Origin: an uncultured Actinomycetota bacterium
GTDB taxonomy: Bacteria; Actinomycetota; Actinomycetes; JAFAQI01
Assembly: GCA_963770565.1 (NCBI GenBank)
Contig: CAVYQE010000002.1
Span: 224,001 to 288,000 of the forward strand
Direction of reading: 5' to 3'
Length of the DNA: 64,000 nucleotides
Every line of letters starts with the position of its first letter. Within the stretch, counting starts at the first letter, position 1. Under the pieces are notes generated by a model. It searched no databases, was not told the DNA's origin, and saw nothing but the letters and a program-made list of their open reading frames with translations. This document shows, piece by piece, positions 47,081 to 57,231 of the stretch. The translations under genes were made by a program, and so were the position numbers.

Positions 47081-49051
47081 TTAGTCGCCGGCGTGGACCC
47101 GCTCGGCCTCGCGCAGGTCGATGACCCGCGGCGGCGGACCGGCGGCAGCAGCCGCCTCAAGGACCGCGTTGATTTCCTTGCCGACCAGTTCGTCGCGCTC
47201 GATCAGGGCGTCGCGCAGCGCAGCGACCAGGTGCTGGTTGGCTTCGAGCGCACCCTTGACCGCGAGCTTCTGCTCCTGCAGCAGCTCCTCGACCCGCCGC
47301 CGGCCGTCGGGGTCGCCGAGCACCCGCCCGACCAGGTTGGTGTCGCTGAACATGCTGCCCTGGACCGCCGCGAACGAGACCAGCGTCCCAGCCATGCCGG
47401 CCGCACCCACCATCTGCGCGGCCACGTTGGTCGCGTACAGCAGGTCTCCAGCCGGGCCGGTCGACACATCGCCGAAGAACAGCTCCTCGGCGCATTGGCC
47501 GCCCATCGAGATCCGGATCAGCCCGATCATCTCGGTGCGTGAGCGGGTGTAGACCTCTTTCGCGTCGCCGTGCGCCAGCATGCCCAGGGCCTCTCGACGC
47601 TTGATGATCGACAGGATCTCCAGCCGGCGCTCCGGTGCCATGAGGTACGCCGTCGTAGCGTGTCCGGCTTCGTGCGTCGCGATCAAGCGCTTCTCGTATT
47701 CGGTGTAGCCGACCGGCTGGCCGAGGCCGACCTGCAAGGTCAGCCGGGCGCTCTCGACGTCCTTCCAGCCCATCCGGTTGTCGCCGCGGCGGACCGCGTT
47801 GACCAGCGCCTCGTCGAAGAGCTGCTCGATCATCACCGGGGTGAAGCCCTGGGTGACGCTGGCCAGCACGTCGCGGCGCTCGTCGTCGTCGAGCTCCGGG
47901 TGGTGTGACTTCTTCACCAGGAAGTGGTCGGTGAGGGCGCGGCGGCCGGCCTGGTCGGGGACGTTGAAGGTCAGGGCCCGGTCGAACCGGCCCGGTCGCA
48001 GCAGCGCGGGGTCCAGCGAGTCGGCCCGGTTGGTCGCGGCGATCAGCAGGATGTTGGCGTGCCGCGGCTTTGGTCGAGGCACCTGGCGATGCGGCGGGAG
48101 GAACTTGTTGATCCCGGTCGCGGTGGCACCCCAGAACCTCTGCATGCCCATCGGCTGGTCGAACGACTGCATCTGCACCAGCAGCTCGTTGACCACGCCG
48201 CCGACGCCCTCGCTGATCGCCCGGTTGACGACCGGTCCGGCGAGGGCCGGCTGAAGGAAGCTCGACGGCAGGTTGACCAGTGACCCGCAGCACTGCACCG
48301 ACTTCGACAGCTGGTCGAGCGAAGTCATCGACATCCCGTTGCGGGTGCCGCCGATCGCGTCGATCTCCTCGATGAAACCGATCGCGCCTCCTTCGGCGAG
48401 TGCGGTCTTGCGCAACACCTTGAAGAACCCACGGATCTTCCCGGCGGTCGCGCCGTAGAACATCGACTGGAACGACGTACCGGAGACGAAGAGAAACGGA
48501 ACGCCGGCCTCAGCGGCCATCGCCTTGGCGGTGTGGGTCTTGCCGGTGCCCGGCAGGCCCTCAAAAAGCAGGCCGCGCCTCGGAGTGCCGCCCATCTCGG
48601 AGGCGAAGGTCTTGTGGGCCAGGAACAGGTTGATCGAACGGACGACCTCTTCCTTGACCGTCTCGATGCCCACCACGTCGCTCAGCCGGACGTCGATCTG
48701 CTCCGGCCGGTAGAGCGTGTGCGGTGAGCGCCGCGAGTACAGGATCATGACCGCGTAGCCGAGCACCAGCGCGCCGATGAACAGCAGCGGCGCGATCAGC
48801 AGCCAGTTCACGTGGGGGAACGCGATGACGTCGAACGGACGGTGATCGAGGATCCGCCACCACAGGAAGGCGACCGGGATCCCGAGGTACGCCGTCAGTC
48901 GCCAGAGCCGCCGGCGGCGCTGCACCTCGCGCTTGACCCCGACGTCGGCGTTCGCGACGGCAAGCACCGAGTCGGCGCTCGACAGCAACTGTGGGTCGAT
49001 CGGACGACCGGAGTTGCTCAGGAGCTCGGTCAGCGCCGGTGAACGCTCCAC
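47081..49051 (-). CDS. FtsH-like AAA+ ATPase/M41 metalloprotease paralog
   Basis: 2 close TM segments, GLPGTGKT, MFYG pore loop, FIEEIDAIG, ATNR..LDPALLRPGRFDR, HEAGH, STGPAGD. Confidence 0.9.
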   Translation of the reverse strand: MERSPALTELLSNSGRPIDPQLLSSADSVLAVANADVGVKREVQRRRRLWRLTAYLGIPVAFLWWRILDHRPFDVIAFPHVNWLLIAPLLFIGALVLGYAVMILYSRRSPHTLYRPEQIDVRLSDVVGIETVKEEVVRSINLFLAHKTFASEMGGTPRRGLLFEGLPGTGKTHTAKAMAAEAGVPFLFVSGTSFQSMFYGATAGKIRGFFKVLRKTALAEGGAIGFIEEIDAIGGTRNGMSMTSLDQLSKSVQCCGSLVNLPSSFLQPALAGPVVNRAISEGVGGVVNELLVQMQSFDQPMGMQRFWGATATGINKFLPPHRQVPRPKPRHANILLIAATNRADSLDPALLRPGRFDRALTFNVPDQAGRRALTDHFLVKKSHHPELDDDERRDVLASVTQGFTPVMIEQLFDEALVNAVRRGDNRMGWKDVESARLTLQVGLGQPVGYTEYEKRLIATHEAGHATTAYLMAPERRLEILSIIKRREALGMLAHGDAKEVYTRSRTEMIGLIRISMGGQCAEELFFGDVSTGPAGDLLYATNVAAQMVGAAGMAGTLVSFAAVQGSMFSDTNLVGRVLGDPDGRRRVEELLQEQKLAVKGALEANQHLVAALRDALIERDELVGKEINAVLEAAAAAGPPPRVIDLREAERVHAGD

Positions 49052-49200
49052 TGAGCCTCCGGTTCGGTGTCTCTATGCGGTGATTTCGACTAGATACCGG
49101 AGTGTGTCACCGGATCCGGGCTGGTAGACCGGACGGGACCAGGATTCACCCGGTCGGGCTAATCAGATCAAGCCGGTTCCTGCCGATTGGCCCAGCCGCG

Positions 49201-50094
49201 CTACCCGACCCCCGCAAACAGGTCGGTTTCGCGTCCGCCATCGGCCGCGAGCCGGCCGCGGGTGAGCCGGTAGTGCTCGATGCCGAACGCGCCCTGGCCG
49301 ACATCGTTGGACAGGGCGAAGAAGTGGCCGTCGACCGCTACCTGGGTGGGGTAGGCGCGCAGCGCCGCCATCTTGTGGTCGAGGAACTCCCGGGCGTCCA
49401 CGGCGGTGGTGACCTGGTCGTCCGGCACTCCCATCGCCAGGTCCTCCGGCGACGTCACGCCGAACGGCGCTTCCTCGCCCATCTCGCGCAATGCCTCGAA
49501 CGCGATCTGCAGCGTGGACATCGGAACTACCGCCTCGTAGAACTTGGCCGGCGCCCAGGCCTCCCCCGCCGCAGGAAAGCGGTCCGGGTCACCGGCGGCC
49601 CCGAACGCCGCGACCGCGACCCGGTGTGCCTGGATGTGGTCGGGGTGTCCGTAGCCGCCGTTGTCGTCATAGCTCACGACGACCTGCGGGCGCACCTCGC
49701 GAATCACCTGTACGAGTGCCGCGACCGCCTCGTCGAAGTCGGCCTGCCAGAACGACTCCGGCCGATCGTTGGACGGCGTGCCCATCATGCCGGAGTCACG
49801 CCAGCGCCCCGGCCCGCCCAGGAAGCGGTGATCCGTCACACCGAGCGCGGCCATCGCGTCGGCCAGCTCGTTGATCCGGTGCTCGCCGAGCCCGCCTTCT
49901 TTGTCGGCGGCGAGGTGCGCCAGGTCGGGTACGAGGATCTCGCCCTCCTCGCCGAGCGTGCAGGTGACCAGCGTCACCTGAGCACCTTCGGCGGCGTACT
50001 TCGCCATCGTGGCGCCGGTCCCGATTGACTCGTCGTCCGGGTGGGCATGGACGAGCAGGAGGCGGCGGGTCAGCTGACTGTCGGTCGTCGTCAC
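49201..50094 (-). CDS. mshB: GlcNAc-Ins deacetylase (mycothiol biosynthesis)
   Basis: [42 protein letters not shown]. Confidence 0.93.
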   Translation of the reverse strand: MTTTDSQLTRRLLLVHAHPDDESIGTGATMAKYAAEGAQVTLVTCTLGEEGEILVPDLAHLAADKEGGLGEHRINELADAMAALGVTDHRFLGGPGRWRDSGMMGTPSNDRPESFWQADFDEAVAALVQVIREVRPQVVVSYDDNGGYGHPDHIQAHRVAVAAFGAAGDPDRFPAAGEAWAPAKFYEAVVPMSTLQIAFEALREMGEEAPFGVTSPEDLAMGVPDDQVTTAVDAREFLDHKMAALRAYPTQVAVDGHFFALSNDVGQGAFGIEHYRLTRGRLAADGGRETDLFAGVG

Positions 50095-50122
50095 AATGAC
50101 AGAGATTACGTGGGGAGGCACG

Positions 50123-50413
50123 ATGGCGACCTTGCTCGACGAAGCAGCAATTGCCGCGGCGCTGGCTGAGCTCGGCAGCTGGTCCGGGGATCAGACCGCA
50201 ATCTCACGAACGGTGGATATCCCCAACGATGACGTCGCCGGCTTCCGCGCGGAGCTCGAGGTGATCGCCCGCGAGATGAATCACGACCCCGAGGTCGGCG
50301 GAAGCGGCGGCAACCTCACGATCACGATGTCGACCCATTCGGCCGGCGGTGTCACCGAGCTCGACCTCGAGTACGCCCGCAGGGTCAACGCGCTGCTGGC
50401 CGCCTCCCGCTAA
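50123..50413 (+). CDS. Pterin-4-alpha-carbinolamine dehydratase family protein
   Basis: [18 protein letters not shown]; GGAGG SD. Confidence 0.85.
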   Translation: MATLLDEAAIAAALAELGSWSGDQTAISRTVDIPNDDVAGFRAELEVIAREMNHDPEVGGSGGNLTITMSTHSAGGVTELDLEYARRVNALLAASR

Positions 50414-50476
50414 CCGCACCGCCCGCAGCGGCCGCCCGGCGTACCGCCGCGGCCGGCGACATGGTTGTCTTCGGTC

Positions 50477-51592
50477 ATGGCTGATCTTCACGGCACCGTC
50501 GACCCGCGGTTCACCGGCGTCCGCGACGCCCTCGCGGAGCAGCTCGACAACGGCGCAGAGCTCGGCGCGTCGATCGTCGTCGACCTCGATGGCCAGACCG
50601 TCGTCGACCTCTGGGGTGGCCTCGCCGAGCCCGGTCGGCCGTGGGTCGAGGACACCATCGTCAATGTCTGGTCGACGACGAAGACGGTCACCAACCTGGC
50701 CGCGCTGATGCTGGTCGATCGCGGTCAGCTCGACCCGTACGCGCCGGTGTCACGCTATTGGCCGGAGTTCGGCGACAACGGCAAGGACGGCATCGAGGTC
50801 CGTCACGTGTTGTCCCACACCAGCGGTGTCAGTGGGTGGGCGCAGCCGTTCGCCGTCGAGGACATGTACGACTGGGAGCTCTCGACCGCGCGGCTCGCCG
50901 CCCAAGCACCGTGGTGGGAGCCGGGTACGGCGTCGGGCTACCACGCGCTCAACCAGGGCCACCTGGTCGGCGAAGTCGTCCGGCGGATCACCGGACAGCG
51001 GCTCAAGGACTTCGTCCGCGACGAGATCGCCGGGCCGCTCGGCGCGGACTTCCAGATCGGTTGCTCACCCGCCGACGCCGACCGGGTCGCGCCCGTGATC
51101 CCGCCGCCACCGCTTCCGATCGACCTCGCGAGCCTTGACACGAACAGTCCGATGGTGAAGACGTTCACCGGTCCGTTCGCCGACGCCGCTGCGGCCAACA
51201 CCGACGGCTGGCGGGCGGCCGACATCGGCGCCGCGAACGGACACGGCAACGCCCGCTCGGTAGTCAAGATCCAGTCCGCGGTGGTCAGTGGCAAGCTGCT
51301 CACGGCCGAGACAGCCGACCTGATCTTCGACGTGCAGTCCGACGGGGTCGACCTGGTGCTCGGCGTACCGCTGCGGTTCGGAATCGGCTACGGCCTGCCG
51401 CAGTTCGACACCGTGCCGTACATCCCGGAAGGCAAGATCTGCTTCTGGGGCGGCTGGGGCGGTTCGCTGATCATCCTCGACTTCGACCGCAACCTCACGA
51501 TCGGCTACATGATGAACAAGATGGGCGCCGGCATCGTCGGCAGCGAACGAGGCGAGGTCTACCTCCGCGCGATCTACGCCGCCGTGACCTAA
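50477..51592 (+). CDS. Serine hydrolase (beta-lactamase-like esterase, EstA type)
   Basis: WSTTK (SxxK), [22 protein letters not shown]. Confidence 0.92.
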   Translation: MADLHGTVDPRFTGVRDALAEQLDNGAELGASIVVDLDGQTVVDLWGGLAEPGRPWVEDTIVNVWSTTKTVTNLAALMLVDRGQLDPYAPVSRYWPEFGDNGKDGIEVRHVLSHTSGVSGWAQPFAVEDMYDWELSTARLAAQAPWWEPGTASGYHALNQGHLVGEVVRRITGQRLKDFVRDEIAGPLGADFQIGCSPADADRVAPVIPPPPLPIDLASLDTNSPMVKTFTGPFADAAAANTDGWRAADIGAANGHGNARSVVKIQSAVVSGKLLTAETADLIFDVQSDGVDLVLGVPLRFGIGYGLPQFDTVPYIPEGKICFWGGWGGSLIILDFDRNLTIGYMMNKMGAGIVGSERGEVYLRAIYAAVT

Positions 51593-51623
51593 CCACAGCC
51601 CCCACCCCGCCGCCGTGCCCCAA

Positions 51624-51700
51624 GCAATGTCACATTGCCCCGCACTTCGTGGGGGCAATGTGACACCACCCCCCGGATCGCCGGGGCAATGTGACATTGC
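51624..51700. repeat. REP-like 77-bp repeat family A, copy 2
   Basis: GCAATGTCACATTGCCCCGCACTTCGTGGGGGCAATGTGAC...GCAATGTGACATTGC. Confidence 0.88.
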
Positions 51701-51715
51701 CTGGCCGAGCGGCCG

Positions 51716-54700
51716 CTAGGAGTCGGCGGAGGTCAGCGCGGTCGCGTCGGCAGGGTCGCGCGGCGCGTGTACGGCGGCCGCGTCGTCGGCGCCGGGCGGG
51801 ATCCGCTCGCGCAGCGCCGCTGCGCCGAGCCGGTCGGCAATCGCCCGCGCCTCGCCGGCCGCCTTTGCCGACTGCGCCTCATCGCCCGCCTGGGCCAGGT
51901 AGGAGGCAAAGTCAGCGAGCCCGATCGCGAGGTGGTAAGGCGACTTCAGTTCACGCAGCGCCTCGATTGCACGCTCGAACGCTGCTCGCGCCGCCGGCTC
52001 GCCCCGGGCCGCCTGCAGTCTCGCCTGCACCCGCAGCCGGTCGGCCCGAACCACCGGGCTTAGATAGCCGATCGGTCGTTCCTCGCACCAGGCCAGCAGC
52101 CGCTCGACCTCGTCGAGGTCGTCGAGGGCCAACGCGGCGTCGGCAACCACGGGCCAGCACCAGCGGCTTCCTTCGCCGGCCAGACCGATCTGCTCGCCCT
52201 CGACAAGGGCCACCCGCCCGAGCTCCAGCGCCCGCGCGTAGTTCTGCTGAGCCGCCGCGTCGATGCACTCGGTGATCGCGGCCATCATCCGGTCCTGCGG
52301 GCTCTCGGTCGCGGCGAGCCCGCGCACCGTCGTCAGCAGCTCGGGCGACGGCTCAGCACCTTGGAAGACCGCCAGGGTGTGCACGATCCAGGCCAGGTAG
52401 GCGTCGTCGGTCCCGCCCTCGGCATGCCCGCTCGCGCCGACCTCGACCGCCTCGGCCCAACGGCCCGAGAGAATCAGGGCCTGCATGAGGTTCCCGGCGG
52501 CGATCGTCCACATCGCTGAGCCGGCCCGGCGTTGAAGCCGGACGCCGGTCTGCGCGGCATCCACGGCCTCGGCCCAAGAGCCCTGAGCCAGCAGCGAGTC
52601 CGAGAGGTTGACGTACGCGATTCCCAGCTGGTCGCTCTCGCCGGTCACCTCAGCGAGCCGGATCGCCTCCCGATACGCCGACACCGCCTGTACGTGGTGG
52701 TCGGCGCTGTCGTCGATGATCCCTTGCGAGATGAACAGCCGGACGAAGCTGCGGAGCGGAAGGCCCAGCTCCTGGGCCAGCCCGAACGCACGAGCCTCGA
52801 CTTGCCGAGCAACGTCGGTGTTTCCGGAGAACGCTTCCAACGACGCCAGCGAGTTCAGCGCCTCCACGGTGTCGGAGTCCGGATCCCGCTCGAGGACCTG
52901 CAGCGCTTCCTCCAACGACCGGCGGCCCTCCTCGTGCCGGGCCTGACGCCGCAGCACTCCGCCGAGGCTCGCGGTCGTGCGGGCCGCCGCGCGGCGCTGG
53001 TCGTGTGTGGCAAACAGTTCGCGGGCTTGTTCGAACGCGGTCCCGGCAGCCTTGAGGTCTCCCGCTTCGGTGCATCGCTTGCCGGCGAGCTCGTACAGGC
53101 TGGCCGCCTCGAGGTCGGCCTCTTCGGTTCCGAGCGGTCGCAGCAGGTCAGCCGCACTACACAGAACGCGGGCCGCAACGAGCGGTGCACCGGTGCGCTT
53201 GGCCCGATCGGCCGCCCGGGACAGCCGGTCGACCGCGCGACGCCGGATCACCGGAACGTCGTCGTCGTCAGGCACCGCGGCCAACGCGTCAAGCAGGTGT
53301 TGCGCGATGACCTCGGCGACCTCTTCCCCCTCGTCGGAGAACGCCCGCGCGAGGTGGTCGGCGACGGCGAGGTGCCGGGCCTTGCGTTCGCGCCGCGACA
53401 GGGTCTCGTACGCGACCTGCCGGAACATCGTCTGGACGAAGCCGTACTGTCCGCGGTCCGGCGACAGCGGATCCGCCCGGACCATCAGAACCTCGCGGCG
53501 GACCAGATCGGCGAGCTGCTCGGCGACCTCGGCATCGGACATCCCGGAGACCGCAACGAGGGCTTCCACCGGAAAGGTGCCACCGAGGACGGCGGCGTCT
53601 GCGACCAACCGGCGTGCACTCGGCTCGAGCGCATCGAGCCGGGCCGCCAGCAGCGACTGAAGCGTCCCCGGCACCGATAGCTCGCCGATGTCCGAGACGA
53701 GCCGGTAGACGCCCTCGACCGGCTGGACGACGTCTCGGTCGATCAGCATCCGGACGGTTTCGACGGCGTACAGCGGAATGCCTTGCGACTGCTGGGCAAC
53801 TGCCATCCGGGCGGCCTCGGGCATGCCCGACACCAGCCCGTCGATCATCGCGTCCATCGCCGCGTCGTCGAGCGGCTCGAGGGTCAACGACGTGGCATTG
53901 CGCCGCCCGGTTCCCCAACCGGGCCGCCGGTCCTCGATCTCGGGCCGGGCCAGGGTCAGCACGAAGATCGGTACGTCGCGCGACCAGTCGAGCACGTACT
54001 CGAGGAAGTCGAGGAAGCCGCTGTCGGCGTGCTGAAGGTCCTCGACGACCAACGCGACCGGCGTGACGAGCGCGATCTGTTCGAAGAACGTCCGCCAGCC
54101 GGCGAACAGCTCCTCCGTACTCAACGTGCTCTCATCGGTCTCAACCCCGAGCAGCCGGGCCAGTCGGGGACGGACGAAGTCACGGACACCGGGGTCGGCG
54201 ATGTTGAGCTCGAGGCCCGCCTCCAGTTTCTCCGCGGCAACTGCGGCGGACTCCTCCTCCGCGATCGACAACCGCTGCCGGACCATCTCCGCCAAGGCCC
54301 AGAACGCGACCCCCTCGCCATAGGACAGGCAGCGGCCCCGGTGCCAGGAGACGATCGCGGCAAGGCCGTCGATGTACTTGTAGAACTCCCATCCGAGTCG
54401 GCTCTTGCCGACGCCGGCCGGCCCCACCACGGAGACCAGGCGGGCGGAGCGGCGGTCCGCACTCGCGTGGAACAGGTCCTTGATCAACCTCAGGTCACTG
54501 TCCCGACCGACCAGTGGCGCCTCCAGGCCGTCGATCCGCTGGCTGCCGGCTGATCCCGACACAACCCGCTGAGCGCGCCACAGTCGGACGAGCCCGGACT
54601 TGCCCTTGAGGCTGTGGTCGCCGGCCTCGTCGAAAGCGATCGAGCCGCGGGCCATCCGCCAGGTGCTCTCGTCGACGAGTACGCCGCCCGCATCCGCAGC

Positions 54701-55309
54701 GGCCTGCACTCGGGCCGCGGTGTTCACCGCATCGCCGGCGACCATGCCTTGCCCGACCGCCCCAACCGTGACCGCCACCTCGCCGGTGACCACACCGGCG
54801 CGCGCAGCAAGGCTGTCGATGCCGATCTCGCGGGCCAGCGCCCCTACCGCGTCGACTACGTCGAGCGCCGCGCGCACCGCGCGTTCGGCGTCGCCCTCTG
54901 ATGCGGTCGGAGCGCCCCACACCGCCATGACTGCGTCGCCGATGAACTTCTCGACCACCCCGCCGTACCGGCCGATCACGGTTCGGGCCAGATCGAAGTA
55001 GCGCGAGAGCAGCTCCCGCACTTCCTCGGGATCGCGCGCCTCCGACAACGGCGTGAAGCCGACCAGGTCGCAGAACAGGACGGAGCAGACCCGGCGTTCG
55101 GCCAGCGCCGCGGAGTCGGCGGCCGGCGCCCTTGCACCGGGCCCGCCGTCGACACCCACTCCGAGCGGTGCGCCGCAGTCGCCGCAGAATCGCTTGCCGG
55201 CGAGCGCCGGAGCCCCACAGGTCGGGCAGACCGCACTCAGCGGCGACCCGCACTCGCCGCAGAACCGTTTGTCCGGCGGGCTTTCGGCTCCGCAAGCCGC
55301 ACAGTTCAC
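51716..55309 (-). CDS. Double zinc ribbon - class III nucleotidyl cyclase - STAND AAA ATPase - TPR protein
   Basis: CAAC/CGEC/CPTC/CGDC; FCDLVGFT, EKFIGDAV, GDAVNTAAR; GPAGVGKS, VVEDLQHAD; helical-repeat C-terminus. Confidence 0.93.
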   Translation of the reverse strand: MNCAACGAESPPDKRFCGECGSPLSAVCPTCGAPALAGKRFCGDCGAPLGVGVDGGPGARAPAADSAALAERRVCSVLFCDLVGFTPLSEARDPEEVRELLSRYFDLARTVIGRYGGVVEKFIGDAVMAVWGAPTASEGDAERAVRAALDVVDAVGALAREIGIDSLAARAGVVTGEVAVTVGAVGQGMVAGDAVNTAARVQAAADAGGVLVDESTWRMARGSIAFDEAGDHSLKGKSGLVRLWRAQRVVSGSAGSQRIDGLEAPLVGRDSDLRLIKDLFHASADRRSARLVSVVGPAGVGKSRLGWEFYKYIDGLAAIVSWHRGRCLSYGEGVAFWALAEMVRQRLSIAEEESAAVAAEKLEAGLELNIADPGVRDFVRPRLARLLGVETDESTLSTEELFAGWRTFFEQIALVTPVALVVEDLQHADSGFLDFLEYVLDWSRDVPIFVLTLARPEIEDRRPGWGTGRRNATSLTLEPLDDAAMDAMIDGLVSGMPEAARMAVAQQSQGIPLYAVETVRMLIDRDVVQPVEGVYRLVSDIGELSVPGTLQSLLAARLDALEPSARRLVADAAVLGGTFPVEALVAVSGMSDAEVAEQLADLVRREVLMVRADPLSPDRGQYGFVQTMFRQVAYETLSRRERKARHLAVADHLARAFSDEGEEVAEVIAQHLLDALAAVPDDDDVPVIRRRAVDRLSRAADRAKRTGAPLVAARVLCSAADLLRPLGTEEADLEAASLYELAGKRCTEAGDLKAAGTAFEQARELFATHDQRRAAARTTASLGGVLRRQARHEEGRRSLEEALQVLERDPDSDTVEALNSLASLEAFSGNTDVARQVEARAFGLAQELGLPLRSFVRLFISQGIIDDSADHHVQAVSAYREAIRLAEVTGESDQLGIAYVNLSDSLLAQGSWAEAVDAAQTGVRLQRRAGSAMWTIAAGNLMQALILSGRWAEAVEVGASGHAEGGTDDAYLAWIVHTLAVFQGAEPSPELLTTVRGLAATESPQDRMMAAITECIDAAAQQNYARALELGRVALVEGEQIGLAGEGSRWCWPVVADAALALDDLDEVERLLAWCEERPIGYLSPVVRADRLRVQARLQAARGEPAARAAFERAIEALRELKSPYHLAIGLADFASYLAQAGDEAQSAKAAGEARAIADRLGAAALRERIPPGADDAAAVHAPRDPADATALTSADS

Positions 55310-55548
55310 TAGGCGTGCCTCGATTTAGGTCGTGACTTGATCCATAAGGTCACTACGCCAGGCCAACGACTGTCAATCGCGCCTTGTCGGGCGATAAGGG
55401 GCAACTCGCCGTAACGAAGGGCTCGACGCGCCGGTCGAACCAGTGCGATTGTTTGCTCGTCCCAGCGCGGTACGAGTAGGGAGCCCGGCCAAGGACGCCG
55501 CAAAGGTGGCGCACTTCGGACCGGACAGAAGCAAAGGAGTTCAGTCAC

Positions 55549-57195
55549 GTGGCCTCTCGCGGCCGTTACCGCGATGCGCTAAAGCAACGCGACTTCCGCT
55601 TGCTGATCACCTGCTCGCTGATCGACCAGATCGGAAGCTGGTCGTACAGTGTCGTACTCGCGGTCGATGTCTACACCCGCACCCACTCGACGATCTGGCT
55701 GGCCGGACTGTCCGCATCGCGGTGGGCGACCGGCCTCGTACTAAGTGGGTACGCCGGCGCCTTCGCCGACCGCTTCGAGCGCACAAAGGTGATGTTCGGA
55801 TCCGCGCTGCTGTCAGCGGTCGTGATGTCCGGCATCGCGGTGTCGGTCGGGCTGCGCGGGCCGGTGTGGACGTTGCTCGCGCTCACCGTGGTGTCTGCGA
55901 CCGTCGCATCCCCGTATCGACCGGCCGCGGGTGCGTTGACACCTGAAGTGGTCGGGGAGCGGGACCTGGCCGCGGCGAACGGCCTGTTCGCCGCGATCGA
56001 GAGCCTGGTCGTCGTGATCGGCCCGGCGATCGGCGGCCTCCTGCTGCTTACCGGGTCGACGGTCAGTGGCGTGATCCTCAACGCGGCGAGCTTCGTGGTC
56101 GCTGCGGCCATCATCGTGCGTCTGCGGGTGCGTTCGCGCGGCGATGCCGCGCGAGGCGGCCGGATGCTCGCGCAGTGGTTGACCGGCTTCCGGGCGCTGG
56201 CCTCCCAGCAGGTCGCCTCAGTGCTAGTTGCGTTCTGCGCACTCGACTCGATGGTCTACGGCGCGAGCACCGTCATCTACGCTCCACTTTCGCTGCGGCT
56301 CGGCACCGGGGTCAAGGGGTACAGCTACCTGCTCGCCGGAGCCGCCCTGGGAGGGGTGATCGCGGCCGGGTTGGCCAACCGCCTCAGTGCCTCGCGCCGG
56401 CTCGCGCCGGTGATCGTCGGGAGCATCGCGTTGCAAGGCGTGCCCTTCGTCCTCACCGTGTTCACGCACACTCCGGCGGTCGCCTTCGTCCTTCAAGTCG
56501 CGTCGGGTATCGGCATGGTCATCGTCGACGTACTCGCGATTACGGCCATGCAGCGGGACCTCGACGGCGGGGTGATGAGCCGGGTGCTCGGGGCCTTCGA
56601 GGCGATCGTCACCGCGGCAATCCTGTTCGCAAGCTTCGTGGGTGCGGCCGTTCTTTCGCATGCCGGGCTCGACGCGGCGCTCTATCTCACCGGCATCGGC
56701 ATTCCGGCGGTCGCCGTGCTCGGCCTGCCGATCCTGATCCGCGGCGACCGCCGCGCGGCCGCACAGGTGGCCGCACTCGAGCCGTGGGTCGAGGTGCTCG
56801 GTCGGCTGGACCTGTTCACCGGCGCAAGGCGGCCGGTGCTCGAGCAGTTGGCGAAGGCAGCCGAGGAGCAGTCCGTTCCGGCCGGGACCGTCATCATCCG
56901 CGAAGGGGACACTGCGGACGCGCTGTGGATCCTGCTCAGCGGCTCGCTGGCGGTCGAGGCCTCCGTCGCCGGTGGACCGGAGCGTGCTCTCCCGACCGTG
57001 ACCGCTCCGGGGTACGTCGGAGAGCTCGGCCTGGTGCACGGTGTGCCGAGAACCGCGACCGTGCGAACCGCCGAGGAGTGCGACCTGCTGCGGATCAAGG
57101 GCAGCGTGTTCATCGACGCGCTCGAATCTGCGCCGCCCAGCACGGCCTTCATCCAGCTAACCGGTGCGCGCTGGGCCCGCACCGAGGCGAGCTGA
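55549..57195 (+). CDS. MFS transporter fused to a C-terminal cyclic-nucleotide-binding domain
   Basis: AAGGAG SD; about 12 TM segments, GAFADRFERTK motif A; IIREGD...GYVGELGLVHGVPRTATV phosphate-binding cassette. Confidence 0.92.
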   Translation: MASRGRYRDALKQRDFRLLITCSLIDQIGSWSYSVVLAVDVYTRTHSTIWLAGLSASRWATGLVLSGYAGAFADRFERTKVMFGSALLSAVVMSGIAVSVGLRGPVWTLLALTVVSATVASPYRPAAGALTPEVVGERDLAAANGLFAAIESLVVVIGPAIGGLLLLTGSTVSGVILNAASFVVAAAIIVRLRVRSRGDAARGGRMLAQWLTGFRALASQQVASVLVAFCALDSMVYGASTVIYAPLSLRLGTGVKGYSYLLAGAALGGVIAAGLANRLSASRRLAPVIVGSIALQGVPFVLTVFTHTPAVAFVLQVASGIGMVIVDVLAITAMQRDLDGGVMSRVLGAFEAIVTAAILFASFVGAAVLSHAGLDAALYLTGIGIPAVAVLGLPILIRGDRRAAAQVAALEPWVEVLGRLDLFTGARRPVLEQLAKAAEEQSVPAGTVIIREGDTADALWILLSGSLAVEASVAGGPERALPTVTAPGYVGELGLVHGVPRTATVRTAEECDLLRIKGSVFIDALESAPPSTAFIQLTGARWARTEAS

Positions 57196-57231
57196 CGCCC
57201 CAACCTCCCGCGCGCTCAACCCCCGTACAAA

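Noticed and set aside
49163-49189. Sigma-28-like TCAG-N15-GCCGATTG on the plus strand
   Set aside because: It points antisense into mshB with no downstream gene; probably chance, and it shows the motif can arise as background.
50477-51592. Beta-lactamase resistance gene
   Set aside because: Motifs (SxxK, LSHTSG, WGGWGG) fit family VIII/EstA esterases; resistance cannot be inferred.
51624-51700. Family A repeats as a mini CRISPR array
   Set aside because: Units are inverted and nested, the internal segments are shared between copies rather than unique spacers, and the copies are dispersed.
55331-55346. Possible CRP/GlxR site (CGTGA-N6-CCATA) between the cyclase and the MFS gene
   Set aside because: The right half-site is too poor to support a call.
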